Shown here piece after piece: positions 30,041 through 32,000 of a stretch of 32,000 nt of DNA. Where the stretch lies: the NCBI GenBank assembly GCA_026016245.1, contig CP061211.1, positions 600,001 through 632,000 on the forward strand, written 5' to 3'. Origin of the DNA: Candidatus Pacearchaeota archaeon. GTDB taxonomy: Archaea; Nanobdellota; Nanobdellia; Pacearchaeales; UBA284. The translations under genes and the position numbers were made by a program. The notes beneath the pieces are model-generated. The model was not told where the DNA came from. It searched no databases and saw only the letters and a program-made list of their open reading frames with translations. Numbering within the stretch: the stretch's first letter is position 1; the number at the start of each line of letters is the position of its first letter.

Positions 30041-32000
30041 ATGAAAAGAGCTATCTTAGTATTTGTTATAATTTTTCTTGCTTTTATTAGTCTGAATCTT
30101 GTTAGTGCAGCAACAAATGTTAGTCAATGCATGAATCTAACAAATGAGTCAGAAATTTATACTTTAAATCAACCTATTAATATAACTGGGGGTGATTGCC
30201 TTGTAATTAAAAATAATTCAATAGTGTTAGACTGTCAGGGACATAATATAACTGTTAATGGGGCAGACGACAAGGATTGGCGTGCTGTTGATAATGAGCA
30301 GGGTTATGATAATATAACTGTTAAGAACTGTACATTTTCACAAAACTTCACAGGACCAACAGAAGAAGGAGAAGGACAATATGCAATTGGTTTTATAAAT
30401 TCTATAAACTCAACGATTTTTAATAATACATTTGAAGTTTCTGGGATTTTCTTTGGGAATTCAAGTAATGCTAATATAACTTCAAATACTCTAAATTATT
30501 CAGGTGGTTCAGCTCCAATTTCTTTGTTCTCTGGTTCAAATTCAAGTGTTGTGGAGAATAATAATATTACAACTACTGGCTTAGGAATTTTGGTCGAAGC
30601 TTCATCAAGTATTAACATTAGTTCGAATACTATTACTTCTTCTGGTGAAAATCAGAGTGTAATTGGTATTGGTTCTTCATCAAACATTAGTGTTGATTTA
30701 AATACTATAATAATTTCTGGTACTAATGCAACAGGGATTGTATTAGTTATGGCTACGACTGATACAAATATAACTACAAATAATATTACATCTTCTGGTA
30801 TTGGAGCAGCTGGAATTGGTGTAGTCGATAACTCAGATTCAAATCTTTTATATAATAATACAATTACAACTTCTAATGATACTGCATTTGGGATTATGTT
30901 GGACGGAGTAAGTAGCACTAATATTATAAATAATACTATAACTACCAGTCATACTTCTTCAGATGGAATACATAGCGAGGATTCTAATTCAACTATCATA
31001 TTTAATAATACAGTAAAAACCGAAGGTAATGAGTCAGACGGAGTTTTTATTTTCAATGGTTTATCTAATAGTATAACTAATAATACATTTAATACAACAG
31101 GATATGCTTTCGGTGTAGGGGGTCCAACCTGTGATTATTATAACCATACTGTAACAGATAATACAGAGCAAGGAGAAAAGATTTTATATTATTTTGATAA
31201 TGATTCAATAACAATAGAAGATCAAACCTTTGGGGAATTAATCGTAACTTGTTCTAATAATATAACAATAGACAACGTATCAGTCAATCATGATGGTATT
31301 GTTCTTGTTATTACAGAAAACTCTACTATTAATAATAGTAATTTCACTACTGCTGAACTTGGGATACACGGAGTGTTTTTTATTAATAGTTCTCATAATA
31401 ATGTAACAAATTGCAGAGTAAGAACTTTGGCAGATGGAGAAACATGTGTTATTGCTTTTCAATCCTCTGATTATAATCTTCTTTACAATAATGTTCTTAA
31501 TGTTTCAGCAGCATCAGTAAGTTCCTCTGGATTTTGTTGGCATCCTTCTTCACCTATGAATAATAATTGGAATACAACAGAGACAGTAGGAAAAAATATT
31601 ATAGGGGGTCCAAATTTGGGTGGAAACTTTTGGACAAATTCATTAGGCACAGGATTTAGTGATACATGTACTGATTCTGACGGCGATTATTTTTGCGATA
31701 CCGCTTTAAATCTTAAAGGTGGTCCTGGCAATGATACTAATAATATAGACTATCTCCCTCTTGCTAATCATACTAATGCAGTCTGGGAATGCAAGACATT
31801 AGATATTGAAGATGAAATTTATTTTTTAAATCAAAGTATTGAGGTCAATGGAAATTGCTTTAATATTACTGCAAATAATATTACTCTTATTTTCCTTAAA
31901 GGGAAAAATATAACAGGGGATACTACTGGATATGGCATTAATATTAGTGGTAATGATACAACAATAGAGCATGGAGTAATTTCTAATTTCTCAAATGGAA
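30041..32000 (+). CDS. large sequon-rich parallel beta-helix surface protein, 3'-truncated by the window edge (paralog of 14281-20847)
   Basis: My own translation gives MKRAILVFVIIFLAFISLNLVSA-ATNVSQCMNLTNESEIYTLNQPINITGGDCLVIKNNSIVLDCQGHNITV... and stays open to 32000 (653 codons). It is missing from the ORF track because no stop lies in the window. It contains two copies of the same Cys-framed cassette entry motif (at 30128 and 31790). Confidence 0.85.
   Translation, partial: MKRAILVFVIIFLAFISLNLVSAATNVSQCMNLTNESEIYTLNQPINITGGDCLVIKNNSIVLDCQGHNITVNGADDKDWRAVDNEQGYDNITVKNCTFSQNFTGPTEEGEGQYAIGFINSINSTIFNNTFEVSGIFFGNSSNANITSNTLNYSGGSAPISLFSGSNSSVVENNNITTTGLGILVEASSSINISSNTITSSGENQSVIGIGSSSNISVDLNTIIISGTNATGIVLVMATTDTNITTNNITSSGIGAAGIGVVDNSDSNLLYNNTITTSNDTAFGIMLDGVSSTNIINNTITTSHTSSDGIHSEDSNSTIIFNNTVKTEGNESDGVFIFNGLSNSITNNTFNTTGYAFGVGGPTCDYYNHTVTDNTEQGEKILYYFDNDSITIEDQTFGELIVTCSNNITIDNVSVNHDGIVLVITENSTINNSNFTTAELGIHGVFFINSSHNNVTNCRVRTLADGETCVIAFQSSDYNLLYNNVLNVSAASVSSSGFCWHPSSPMNNNWNTTETVGKNIIGGPNLGGNFWTNSLGTGFSDTCTDSDGDYFCDTALNLKGGPGNDTNNIDYLPLANHTNAVWECKTLDIEDEIYFLNQSIEVNGNCFNITANNITLIFLKGKNITGDTTGYGINISGNDTTIEHGVISNFSNG

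Noticed and set aside
30652-31462. Minus-strand ORFs 30652-30918 and 31280-31462
   Set aside because: They are antisense to the long open beta-helix reading frame (30041 to the window end), which shares cassette motifs with the 14281 gene.

Overview
This is an AT-rich, tightly packed archaeal window. Archaeal markers include TFB, aIF2-alpha, aEF-1beta, eS8, eS27, uS15, uS10, an Sm protein, the EndA splicing endonuclease, RNase Z, an RNase P RNA and an intron-containing tRNA. Short genes, lysine-rich tails on housekeeping proteins and giant sequon-rich beta-helix surface proteins suggest a small-genome DPANN-type archaeon; this is inference only, and no GC value or database search was computed. 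About half the window is conserved information-processing genes. The rest is accessory and falls into five groups. (1) 21.8-25.3 kb holds a compact same-strand cluster that looks like an undescribed RiPP-type system, and it is my top candidate. It encodes a 71-aa peptide with the core CSCQCACDCVCICDC (Cys at every second residue), a radical SAM/SPASM enzyme, a SAM methyltransferase, an HExxH protein and a basic-tailed membrane protein. (2) A 2188-aa surface protein (14.3-20.8 kb) and a second, truncated paralog (30.0-32.0 kb) are built from duplicated parallel beta-helix cassettes and Cys-rich CGxNxC modules. (3) A secreted protein carries a Bacteroidota-style T9SS C-terminal sorting domain. 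(4) An A24 prepilin-type peptidase lies divergent from three paralogous envelope proteins, two of which share an SGQxGC post-signal motif. (5) A MinD-like ATPase has no canonical start codon and sits downstream of two paralogous helical proteins. Three tRNAs were found by eye: Leu-UAG, His-GUG directly upstream of hisS, and Gln-UUG with a non-canonical D-loop intron. Two sub-60-aa genes missing from the ORF track were also found: a Zn-ribbon protein and Sec61-beta. No CRISPR array, rRNA or obvious transposase was seen.
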